Part shown: in pieces, positions 11,419-22,997 of the stretch
Numbering within the stretch: the first letter of the stretch is position 1
Layout: each line of letters begins with the position of its first letter
NCBI GenBank assembly: GCA_965112735.1
Contig: OZ218951.1
Span: forward strand, 682,001 to 746,000
DNA length: 64,000 bases
Source: Phaeosaccion multiseriatum
Lineage: Eukaryota; Protista; Ochrophyta, other classes
Direction: 5' to 3'
Position numbers and translations under genes: made by a program
Notes under the pieces: model-generated
Seen by the model: only the letters and a program-made list of their open reading frames with translations
The model's database searches: none
Told to the model about the DNA's origin: nothing

Positions 11419-14400
11419 CTCTCACTCACTCTCTGCCTTGCTCTCTCTCTCTTCTTATCCTCCTTTCTCTGTCTCTCTGTCTCGCCCTCTCTCCTCTCCC
11501 TCCGTCTCTCTCTCTCCGTACCTCTCTCAGTGCCTTGACATTGGCGGCGAAGACGAAAGGAAGAAGCCTCGCGCAGATGGCGCCATGAGGAGCTTCCTCG
11601 CACACACCTGCAATTGTGTGAGGACAACACGTAATAGAATGTGTGATGAAGCACATCCATATGGGGGTAAAAAACAGGTTGCGACAATGGCAAGGTGAGG
11701 GGATGGCAGTGGACGAGCGGGGGGGGTTGATGAGCAGGCGCATCTCTTCAGCGATAGCGTAGCGAGGACTTCGTTACTGCCGAAATATCCATACCCATAT
11801 GCGTGTGTGTGTGTCTGTCTGTGCGTGCGTGTAGGTATGTCTCTCTCTCTCTGTGTGTTGTGTGTGCGGCGTGTGTGATAAATGTGTGTGGGTGCTCCCT
11901 GCGCCTCTCTCTTCGCTCTCTCTCCCTGCCTGCCTTTCTTGGCTCTCTCTCCCTGCTTTCTCTCTCTTAGCTCTCTGTCCCTGTCTCTCTCCCTTCCCGC
12001 CTCTCGCCCTGCCTCCCTCTCTTGGCTCTCTCTCCCTGCCTTTCTCTCTCCCTCCCACAGTCTGTTCTGCCTCACTCCCTCCCTCCCAACCTCACCTCCC
12101 AGCACCCCCGCGAAGCCGTGTACCGCCCCCAGCTTGGCATTGGCCAACGCGTAACCGCCCATGACGCTGGCCAACGCCATGTCTTGCCTACGGACGGACA
12201 ACCAACAGCAGCACGAGGAAGGAGGTATATGCCATTAGGAGAGAACCACACAACCAACATTTGCAGCAGGAGGATTAGGCCTTGCCTTGCATGCTCCTTC
12301 ATCAACCCCTGAACAAGTGGGTCGAAAACAATTAGTTCAACACTGACACCCCCTTCCTCCTCTCCTGTCTTCTCCTGTCCTGTCCTGTCCAGTCCTCAGT
12401 GCTCTCTTCTCCTCCTCCTCCTCTTAGTCAGGCAGTCACCTCGCTGCCATGTCGCTGCCGTCTCTATAGGCGCTGCGAATACTCCTCGCAGCGCGGATTA
12501 TGCCCTCTCGTGCAAACGCATCGGTGAAGGGATTGGCCTGGAGACGGAGGGAGAGGGAGCGAGGGAGGGAGGGAGGGAGGGAGGGAGAGACGGGGAGAGA
12601 GACAGGGTGAGAGACAGCGCGCAGGAGATAACACACAAAGTGTGAGGGACCGTGCGAAAATCAAATCAACCCCCTCCTTTGCTTAACTCTCAACTCCCGT
12701 TCCATCTCCCTCCCCCAGTGCGCCATCACGTCCACGCTGATACCAAAGCAGCAGTAGCAGCAGCAGTAAAAACTGAACACACTCACACTGGACACTGGAC
12801 AGGCTCACCTTGCAGCTGACGAAGGGCTCAATGCACTGCGTGAGGGCGTCGAGGCCGGTGCAGGCGGTTACGAGGGGAGACGCTGAAACCGTCAGGAAGG
12901 GGTCCACAACCGCCACATCGGGCATCATGTAGGGGCTGGGAAGGGGGGACGGCAGTGGATGGGGGGGGGGGGGGTGTCAGTGTAGGGAGGAAGACAAGAT
13001 GATAAGATAAGATAAGATAAGATAAGGTGAGACGGCTTCGTTCTTTGCAGGGGTTGGGCATCCTTCTTTACCTTCGGATGGAGGCCTTGATGCCCTGCTC
13101 CTCAGCCTTGACGACGGCGTTCTTGGTCACCTCACTGCATAGCACCGCAAGAGTGGGGGGGGGGGGAGGAGAGGGAGGGAGGGAGGGAGGGAGGGAGGGA
13201 GGGAGGGGATGGAGGGAAGGAGGGAGAAGTGAGGCAGAGGGAGAGGGAGAGAGGAGCGGAGAGGGGGAGGGGGAGGGAGAGGGAGAGGGAGAGGAGAGGG
13301 AGAGGGAGCAGGAGAAATGAAGGAAGGAAGGAAGGAAGGAAGGAAGGAAGGAAGGAAGGAAGGAAGGAAGGAAGATGGAGAGGGAGGGGGAGGGGGGGGG
13401 CTTCAGCTCCGATTCCTTTCCAGTACAAGTAGCGCGAACACAGTAATGAGGCAAAATAAAGTTACCGACAACGCAGTAAGTCAATAGAATCCCTTGCCTC
13501 CCCTTCCAACGCGGCACAGACCTCCCTGTGCCCGCTGTGGTGGGTACAGCGATGTACGGCAGAGAGGGCTTGGACACCTTCTTGCCCCGCCCCACCACCT
13601 CAATGTAGTCCATCACATCCCCCTCATTGGCGAGGAGGCAGGCGAGGGCCTTGCCTGGGGGTGGAGGGTGAGTGGGTGAGGGGGTGGGGGGTTGAGTGAG
13701 TGAGTGAGTGAGTGAGTGAGTGAGTGAATGGTTGAAGGAGCACGGCGCAGCACTGACCCGCATCGACGACGCTCCCACCCCCGATGCCGATGACAATGTC
13801 GCAACCCGCGGCCGTGGCTGTGTCGAGGCCCGCCTGCACCGAGGGAGTAGGACAGCGGGCATGGAGGGAGTAGAGAGACATTAGGCGCCGGCCCAGGCCC
13901 AAGCAATGCGTAGACCGGACAGGTACGGGCAGGTACGGACACAAAGAGGGCAGGACGGAGGGGCGGAGGAGCGGGAGACAGAGACACGCCTAGACGGACT
14001 CAGGTGAGGGGTGGAGCGACTATTAACATCCAAGGAAGGAAGGAAGCAAGGACTGCAGACCTGAATGCTTCCGATGGTGGGCTCTGCCGTTACAGAAACC
14101 ACGCGGCACTTGTCCTCTCCGAAGGCGGCCTGCACGGCGACCACAAGCTCGCCCGCAGAGCCCTCCCCCTTTGCTCCTCGTGCTCCCGTGACGATGAGCG
14201 GCTTGGAAGCGTCGAAGCCCTTGGCGATGGACGGCACCTGAGACGCGCGGGGAGAGAAGAGGGAGAGAGGGGGGGGGAGAGGGGTGGAGAGAGAGGGGTG
14301 GGGGGGTGGGGGTAAGAGGGCGCGGGAGAGAGAAAGAGGGGAGAGATGGGGAGAGAGCGTGAGAGTGGGAGAGAATGAGAGCGAGAGGGGGAAGAGGAGA

Positions 14401-16744
14401 ATGAGACGGAAAGAGAGAGAGAGCCTCTGTATAAAGTGATACATCACTACTCTTAACTGTGATACATCACTACTCTTAACTCCCCGCTTCACTCCCTCCA
14501 TGCAATGCGCCACCTCTCTTCACCTGCGCTGCTGACCCTTCGCCGAAGACAAGTCGTCCCGGGCTGCCGAATTCGAAGGAGGTGGGCTTGTTGGCGGGAC
14601 TGAGATGGACACAACACAGAGAGAGACAGAAAGAGAGAGAGAGAGGGAGAGAGAGAGAGTAGAGAGACAAGAGAGAGAGGGAGAGAGACGGAGGGAGAGA
14701 GAGAGAGAAAGAGGAGAGGGAGAGAGAGAGAGAGAGCGGGTGGAGGATACAAAGAGACGAGAGGGAGGATAAGAGAGGGAAAACAGAGAGATACCGCACA
14801 GCCCATGAGTGATGCGATGCGATGCGGCAGGGGGGTGCGCGTGAGAGGAGAGGAGAACGCCCCCGCTTCGTCCGCCTCTCCCTCTCCTTCTGCCTCCCTC
14901 CCTCCCTCCCTCCCTCCCTCCCGTTATGCCTATACTCTTCACTTCACAGCCTACCTCATGGTGGCTTGGGCGTGGCTGATTGCCTCTGTCCGGTGCCAGT
15001 GTGCGCTGTGCGGGAAGACGGTTACAAACTTGGTCGCCCCCCGGGGTCTGGCCATCATATCCGCCACTGCATCTCGCCATCGGAGGTAGTGCGGTGTCTC
15101 CTTGTGTGCCGCAGGGCCTGCTTCGCTGTTGTACACCTGTTGGGTGATAGGAGGAGGGAGGGAGGGAGGGAGGGAGGGAGTGAGGGAGGGAGGGAGGGAG
15201 GGAGGGGGTGAAGCAGGGAGGGGGTGAAGCAGGGAGGGTTAGAGCCTACGCAGAGGGACGGGTCCCGTGTTGCTTCTCCCGGGGTGGAGGTGGGCCGAAG
15301 TGAGTCTCAGTGCCGCTGTTCTACACGGTAAGGCACTTTGGTGAGCCTTCCTCACTCGCTGCAAGCGAGCCTCACGCACGCACCCACGCACGAGCGTACG
15401 GACGCCCGCCTTTCTTCCTTACTACTTACTCATATGCTTACTGACTTACCTCAACAAGCACGAAGTTGCTGCTGTCCTCGACCCCTCTGAGCAAGTCGAA
15501 GCGGTGGATGCCTCCCTCTCTGACGCTGTTGCGGCAGTTGTCGAGCGTGTGGAGGATGAAGGCCTCCTCCATGCCGGGCTTGACCTGCACATTATCACAC
15601 ACGTGCATACACACACACGTACACACACATACACACACGCACGTCAGAGCATTTGAGTCAGTGAAAGGGCGGCACAAACACACACACACACAAACACGAG
15701 TAAGTTGGGGTGGGGACATGGCAATACCACCAACTAATCAAGTAATCAATAAATCCCCCCCTCCTCCACACACCCCTCCAAACAAAAGCCTACAAGCGAC
15801 GACGCCGCTCCCACACACACCTCATTAACCACCTCCCCTATGTACCCACCTGTACGTCCACAAGGACCGCCAGCATGGGAGGAGCCCCCGCTGACTCCCC
15901 CTCTGCCTCCACCCCCATCGCCGCTGCCACTGCCTGCCCCGCATCCCCTTCCGAAGCGGAGGCCTCCACGTCCCACAAGGGCCCCCCGGGGAAGAGGGTG
16001 GTGTACTTGGAGGCTCTGCGCGGCTCTGCCATGAGCTCTGCGACTGCGTCTCTCCATCCCGCGTAGTGCGCTGTCTCCTTGTGCGCAGCAGGGGCATCGG
16101 CGTCCTTGTACACCTGTTGGTTGTTTGCGTGTGTGCGTGCATGTGTGCGCGTGTTTGGGGGTGTCTGTGTTTACGGGTGTTTGCGTGGGTGGAGTGTGTT
16201 GTTCATTGTTGTTTGTGCCCACGGGACGAAGTGACTGACGGACTGACTGACGGACTGACTGACTGACTGGCTAACCTCTATGAGACAGAAGGTATCGGGG
16301 TCGTCAAGGCCCTTGAGCACGTCGAACCTCGCCACGCCCTCCTCCCGCATGCTGCCCTTGGAGTTGGCCACGCTGCTCTCCCAAAAAGTGGGTCCCGACG
16401 ACGGTTTCAGAGTCCCAAACACGTGCACCGCTAGCAGGCCGTCTACGGCGAGGGGGAGAGAGAGAGAGGGGGGGGGAGGGAGAGGAAGAGAGAGGAAGAT
16501 GTTTCGTTCAGAGCCCGCCCGACCAACCTTGAGAGATGCACGCTTCTGCACAAAAGAAGAGCGCTCCAATGTGCGGCCACTCAACTCACTCACCTCCATC
16601 CCCGCCAGTACTGCTACTGCTTCCCCCGCCTCGCAAGAGAGTCGCCCGCCCAGACGAGAATGGCGTGGCATTTGCTCCTGCGTCGAGGAAGACGCTGCCC
16701 TCCCTGACGTCGATCCTGCCGCCGCCCCTGCCCCTGCTACCACC

Positions 16745-16783
<39 letters not shown>

Positions 16784-17313
16784 GCTGATCCTGCTGTACG
16801 CATGTCCAGTACCCGGTGCGAGAGGGGAGGGGACGAACCCGTGGATGTGATCGGCACTGAGGAGCAGAGCGGTGGCGAGGCGCTTGAGACCGCGGCCTCC
16901 GGTGCCTGCTGTTGCTGCCTACGGTACAGTAAGGTACAAAGAAAGGGAGAGGTTAATTCAGGGATGTGGAGGGTAAAGGGAGGACGACGAGGCGGACGAC
17001 AAGGACGAGGAGAGGGAAAGGAGGGGTCAGGGTATTGACCTTTCAATGAGTGATAGTCTTCCAAGAGGTGGTGTCAAAAAGAGAAAGATGTTAAGTGCAT
17101 GTTTCCGGCCACAGCCCAGGGTGTAGTCCAAGACGGCTCTTCAGCCCGTCGAGCAGCAGCAAGCACGAGAGTTTGCGCGATGGAAGAAGAGGGCACATGG
17201 GAGGAGCGAGCTCCACCCTCTCACTTCATGATGAGAAGAGAAGAGAAGAGCATGAAAGGAAGGAAATGCAAACTCACCCTCGATGAGGATCGACATGACA
17301 GACGCCACAGCAT
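10526..17313 (-). CDS. Fusion protein: organellar presequence + two LsrG-like (ABM dimeric alpha/beta barrel) domains + iron-type (group III) alcohol dehydrogenase
   Basis: Exons 17313-17278, 16918-~16594, 16442-16276, 16113-15850, 15584-15450, 15136-14955 and 14599-14524, then further exons to TGA at 10526-10528, keep the frame. LsrG motif N..S.REEG..RFD(V/L)L..F.L.EVY....A..AHKET.HY occurs twice. ADH motifs [48 protein letters not shown] and GNP. Confidence 0.88.
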
Positions 17314-17635
17314 CGTAGAAAGGACAGCACCGTCGCACTCCGCAAGGAGCAGTTGGGAAAGGAGAGCAAGGCTAGCGAGACGAACAAGGAAAATCCACGA
17401 GGGAGATAATTCCAGCATAATGCGTTGGGGATACGCGCCGTGATTCACAGATTCCCAGCCCAAAAATCTAAAAATCTAATTGCAAAAATCGGAGAGGACG
17501 AGAGAGGACCCTCCTTCTTCAAACTTGGGCCTGCCTTCGTGTATGTGGTCTAGGTTTGAGTCGGCGGAGGTACGGCTCCAACCACTCGAGCTTGGAAGAC
17601 GCAGAAGGGACGCAAAGTAGATAGGATAGGAGAAA

Positions 17636-20431
17636 ATGGCGAAGAAGGGAAGTAAGCCACCTGCGGCTCTCCGCGGAAGGAAAAGCAGTAACAACAGTAC
17701 CAAAAGCAAGAAGAGCAGTAGCGGCAAGGGGGTTCTTAGTAGTCCGTGGGTATCCGCAGCGGTAGTCGCGGTTGTTATCGCCGGCGTCCTTATTGCATAT
17801 CACCAAGGAGAGCCAGCAGCAAAAGGGAGCCACACGACTGGCGAGAGCCAGGCGAGAAAGAAGAAGAGCGCCAAAGCGGATACGGGGAGGCTCCCTGAGG
17901 ACCTATCTAAGCTGCACAAGAAGCGCCTGTTGCAGGTCAACATCGAGAAGCTGCTCCTCTCCTCCAACAACGCCACCATAGAGAACATAATCGATGATAC
18001 GACCAACATGGGCCCTGTCACAGTCTCGTGCCATTACTCCAAGGACGACCAGAAGAAGCAGCTGGTAAACATGACGTTCGGAGATTGGCCAGCGGCCCAG
18101 GACCACACGGCAGTGGCGCTGAGGTCAACAAGTAAGATCTTCGCATCCACCGCGTTTATGAGCTTGGTGGAGTCGGGGCAGTTCGGCCTCAGCCTGGACA
18201 GTAAAGTGGGTGACTTCTTTCCCTCCTGCGGCATCCTCGTCAACTCTTCTATCAGAGAGCTGCTGAGCATGGACTCTGCGCTCGACAATCGCCTCCAAGT
18301 GGCGCTAATGGAGTCGGACTCCTCCGCCGATCACGTGGGCTTCCCGCCCTACTGCGATCGACAGGGCTACAACGTGGAGGAGTGCGTGACGCGTGTAATT
18401 TGCCCTGCGTACCGCCTCCCTGCCGAGCGAGGAGCTGCAGCAGCGGTGGAAAGAGACACCGGGGGCTCGGAGGAGGAAGAGGGGAAGGAAGGGGGAGGAG
18501 AACAACCAAAGGATGGAGCAGAAGAAGAGGAGGAGGAGGAGGAGGAGGAGGAGGAGGAGGGGTATCGCTTCGTGAAGAGCATCTTGGATGTGCCCGATAT
18601 TAGCTGCGTGGACCGCAACGAAAAGTGCGCCCTGTGGGTGAAGCATGGCTTCTGCAGCACGAACCCCCGCTACATGCTCACCCAGTGCCGCGCTGCCTGC
18701 GAGGTGTGCGAGGACAACGGCCCTCTGTGGTACACCAGGGATGAAGCCTTTGGGGTGAGTAGTGACTGGACGGACGGGCGGGCGGGTGGGTGCGTGCGTG
18801 CGTGCGTGCATGCGTGCGTGCGTGGGTGGGTGGGTTGATAGGAGGGTGGAGGCGTATGCGGCTTGGGCGCGGGGATGGGGAGGAAGGGAGGGAGCGAGCG
18901 AGGGAGGGAAGACAAACTGCACTTAGACAAAGAGAAGCGGCCGCGGGCCAGAACTAGATTGATGCGGTGATAGCTCTCCCACGCCCTGCTGCCCCCCCCC
19001 CCATCCACTGCCATCGTTGTTGTGCTTCTGCTTGCTTGTGCTGGCCTTGTTCTTCTGTGGTCACTCGCTTCGTCCGAACAGGGCGGCAGCCTCGTGCGAG
19101 TGGCGGGAATGTCTTGCTCCTACGATAACTACGCATACACGCTCGTCGACGCGATGGTGCGCAGGGCCTCTGGTACGTGACTTACTGACGTTGCCTTGCC
19201 CCTCACCCTTCGCCCCCCCCCCCCCCCCCCCATGCGACAAGCCGCGCTGCATAAGTGGATACGGCACACACTCGAGACCGGCGTGATGCTCTCTTGCAGT
19301 GCTGAGAGCGTCACCTCTTGTGCTCCTTGTTCGCTACTTCGTTCAACAGTTCGAGCTTCTAACCTCCTCCTCCTCCTCCTCCTCCTCCTCCTCGCTCGGT
19401 GCTTTTCTCTCTGCAACCAACGTTTCACGCGTCATGAATGCCCCCGACAACCCCTCGACCAACAAGGCCGCCCTCTGCTGCACTGGATCTTGGAGAACAT
19501 TGCTAAGCCCCTACAGCTGAGCGATATGCTGCACTGCATAGAAGGAGAGGGCAAGGAGGAAGGGGAAGAAGCAGCAGCAGCAGGCGCAGCAGAAGGAGGA
19601 GGGGGAGGAGGAGGAGCAGAAGGATCAACAGCAGGGACAACAGGAGGAGGAGGAGGAGGAGGACCGACCGTGTGCTACGGCCCTCCTGCGGATGGGGACA
19701 TGACCAACTCAACGGCCTGGCCCCTGTGGAGGGGAGGACAAGAGTCGGTAAGCGTGTCACACACACACCGGACAGCGAGAGCGGGAGGGTTGGGGGGGCT
19801 TCCAAGGACTGCTGGACTGTGTCGTTGTCCCGGGTTCTGCTTTGCCCTCACCCCCTCCCCTCCCCCCCCCTCCCCCCCCTCCTCCCAGCAGCCGACCGCT
19901 TGCCCTTCCTTGTCCTCATCTCACGCTTCCCAACTGTTTTGCTTCTGAGCTATTTTGTGTAACTGCCGTCCCCCTGGTCCGTCCGAAGAAGTAACGCTCT
20001 GTTTTGTTGTGCTGATTGGGTATACATTGGTAGGAGAATTGGGTGTCCAACTCTCTGCTGGCCTCTGTGACGGATGTGACGACGTTTCTGGCTATGATGA
20101 CCAACGGGGGCTCTCTCAACGGCACCCGAATCATCAGGTAAGGCACCTTGAGGGTTTAATTGTGTTTGCTTGAGTGGCTCCTGCCCAGCGACTGAATGAC
20201 TTGGAAATCTCTTCACTTGGAGGAGACACGCAGGCGCCATTTGCTCCTCTTGTCCCACCGCTGCTGCTCGCACTTCGCTGTTTCTTCTCTCACGCGCACA
20301 CGTGTCTCTCTTCTGTCTCTCCATCTCTCTGTCTCACGTTCTTCTCTCCTCCCTCTCACCCCTCTTCCTCCTTTTCTCCTCGTTCCTTCCATCGCTCACC
20401 CCTCCCTCTCTCTCCTCTTCTCTCTGTGTCG

Positions 20432-20462
<31 letters not shown>

Positions 20463-21313
20463 CCCTCTTCTCTCTCTGTCTCTCTCTCTCTTTTGGACAG
20501 CCAATCCTCCGTGGATACGATTCTTACTCCTTGGAACAAGCGCGAGTGCCACGGCGTCGATAGCTTCGGCTTGGGCATCGGCACCTGCACAGCCTCTGAT
20601 AACGTGAGTGGAGTGAAGCGTGAGGACGTCACGAGAGAGGGGGGATAGAGGAGAGGAGGGGAGGGGCGAGAGAGAGAGAGAGTATGAGAGTGAGTGTGTA
20701 TATGTGTGAGAGAGAGAATGAGAGAGGAACGGGGGGGGGGGCGGAGGGAGGGACGGAGGGAGGGATGGACGGAGGGAGAAATGCGGGTACGGTAGGGCTC
20801 ATGGAAATTGCGTTGAACAGCTGTGTGGAACATTTGGAACTGAATTTACTTCCTCCTCCTATCCTCCCCCATTCACTCCACGACCGCCTCCCCCCCCCCC
20901 CTCCTTCCTCCTCCTCCTCCTCCTCCTCCTCCTCCTCCTCCATCCTCCCCCGTCCCCCCCCCTTTCAGCCGGCAAGCCTCTGCGAGGCGACAGGGTGGTG
21001 GGGCTGGGGAGGATCCTACGGCACTCGACTTGTCATGCTGCCAGATGTGGGCCTGTCCTGCGCGGTTATGGCCAACATGTCGCCGGGGTTCGGCCACGAC
21101 AAGACAGGGAGAGTCATGCGTTTTGCGTCAAGACAGCACCCCATGGCTCACAGGTTGGCGGCCATCCTGCGCACGATCTGGCCCGAGCCGGGGTCGGAGG
21201 CGGAGGCAGCGTTTGAGACGCAGCTGTGGAAGCAGGAGCAGCAGCGGAAGGCGGAGCAGGAGAGGCTTTTACGGCAACAGCAGCGTCAGCAGCAGAAGAG
21301 CGCGCCACAATAG
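17636..21313 (+). CDS. Membrane-anchored serine beta-lactamase-like hydrolase (class C / family VIII esterase type) with an inserted ShKT domain
   Basis: N-terminal TM helix (WVSAAVVAVVIAGVLIAY). SxxK motif (RSTSKIF), ShKT (CVDRNEKCALWVKHGFCSTNPRYMLTQCRAACEVC), YxN motif (SYDNYAY, exon from 19082) and WGG motif (WWGWGGSYG). Stop TAG at 21311-21313. Confidence 0.8.
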
Positions 21314-21685
21314 TGTTGGCGATAGCCGTAGCAGTAGAGCCACGAGCGCAGATCTACACGCAGGCAGGGAGGGGGAGGGGGCGGTGTTCTTCCTCGCGTT
21401 CCGTTCGAGGCGGGTGGGGGTGTGAGGTAGAATGGTCGTGTTATGTCTTTAGGACATGACTACTTATGTACAAGTGGAACAGGCCTTTCGGGCAGAGCCC
21501 TCTCCGCCCCTTGGCCGCATGCGCTGCCTGGAGGCGTGTCTCTTGTCTTCCTTCCCCACCCCCTTCCCACTAACTATTTACACACGCAAGCACCGCATGT
21601 ACACAAAAAGCTGAGCCCTTCCTGCCCACTGTATCCTCGTCAGCCCATTGCCACTTTCAGGGGCCGTATCCGGTGGGGCGAGGAA

Positions 21686-22733
21686 CTAACCCCACGCCTC
21701 TGTGTGGCTGTAGCTCATGAGCAACTCTCCGTGCGCCTGGAAGCAGCGGAAGAGGTCCGCCAGCGACTGATCCCCGCTGGGTTCGAAGGCGCTGTTACAG
21801 TACACGTGCTGCGCAGGGGAGGGGAGGGGGTGGGGGAGGGCGGGTTTTGAGAGGTGCTGTTGTGTGGTTGCAAGGCGAGAGAAACTGAAGCTGAAAATGA
21901 AACTGAATCTCCCTACGTTAGGGCAGGGAGGGAGGGAGGAGAGGGGCAGCTATCAGCCAAGTCGTGATGACCAGCAACTATGTGGTGCTGTCACAGAAGA
22001 CAACGAGGAGGGGGGGTGTAGTGCTGATTGGATGTAATGGCTTCCGTACCAGAGGCGTGCCGGAGGGGAGCTTGAGCTGGTTCCGCAGAGAGGTGGTCAG
22101 CTCCGCGAAGGACCATGCGCTCTGCACTTGGAACTTCGTCTGAGGGAGGGGCAAGAGGGTACGAACGCACAAAGGCGCAATAGATAACCGTCAGATAGGG
22201 TGCAGAAAATGCATGTGTGGATGGCGGGACCTAATGGCGCAGTGGCTCCCCCCACTCCCTAACTTCACGTCAGTCAATCAATCAGTCTGATCCATGCACC
22301 CGCGCACCTGTCTCAGGATAGGCGCGGAGCCTACGGCCTTGAAATGCACTCTAATTTTGTCCGGGGCCTCGGGAGGAACCAAAGGAGCCACAGGGGGGAC
22401 CGCTTCTCCCTCGAGTGGGCAAGCATCTGAAGCTGGACCATCACTAGCAACAGCAGCAGCGACACTGGCATCAATTTGATCTCCAGCTTCATCAGGTAAA
22501 GCGGCCTCAGTGCTAGGCCCGTCGGCATCTTCCCTTGGGGACACGGAGGCCGCTGTCCCTAAACGCCCTTCAATTGCATCAAGCTCTGCAGCCTGCGCCT
22601 GGGCTACCCCGGTGTCCTCGGTCACTGCTGCTTCAGTTTCCAATGCCGCTTCGCGCCCCACTGCCGTCGCCTGCGTTTTTCCCTCCATCAGCCCCTCAGG
22701 GTTGGTCTCGGAAGGTTCTGTACTCTGCGCCAT
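21686..22733 (-). CDS. ATG12: Ubiquitin-like autophagy protein ATG12
   Basis: Three exons: KIRVHFKAVGSAPILRQ|TKFQV..LRNQLKL..|HVYCNSAFEPSGDQSLADLFRCF..GELLMSYSHTEAWG*. Ends in the C-terminal WG. Confidence 0.92.
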
Positions 22734-22997
22734 CGCGGCTAGACTTCTCGCTTATGCTGCCATCAATTCTTTTACCATACCCTCCTACTTTGTTGGCTGC
22801 TCTCCCTCCTCGTCCATCACACAAAAGACCAGGAAGTTAGCTGCCCGTAATATTGAATATTGAAACATTGAAAAAGAGAAAAAGAGGGTCCTGCCTGGGT
22901 CACGTGTTGTCCTCCAAAATCACAGGCTGGCACCTGGGGCCTAAAAGTAAGAGGTAAGTATCCATAGAGCTTTGCCGGGAGGAAGGAATGCGCTGCA

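Noticed and set aside
16171-17064. 297-aa ORF taken as a single exon
   Set aside because: It reads through introns; splice phases require a different frame for 16918-16594.
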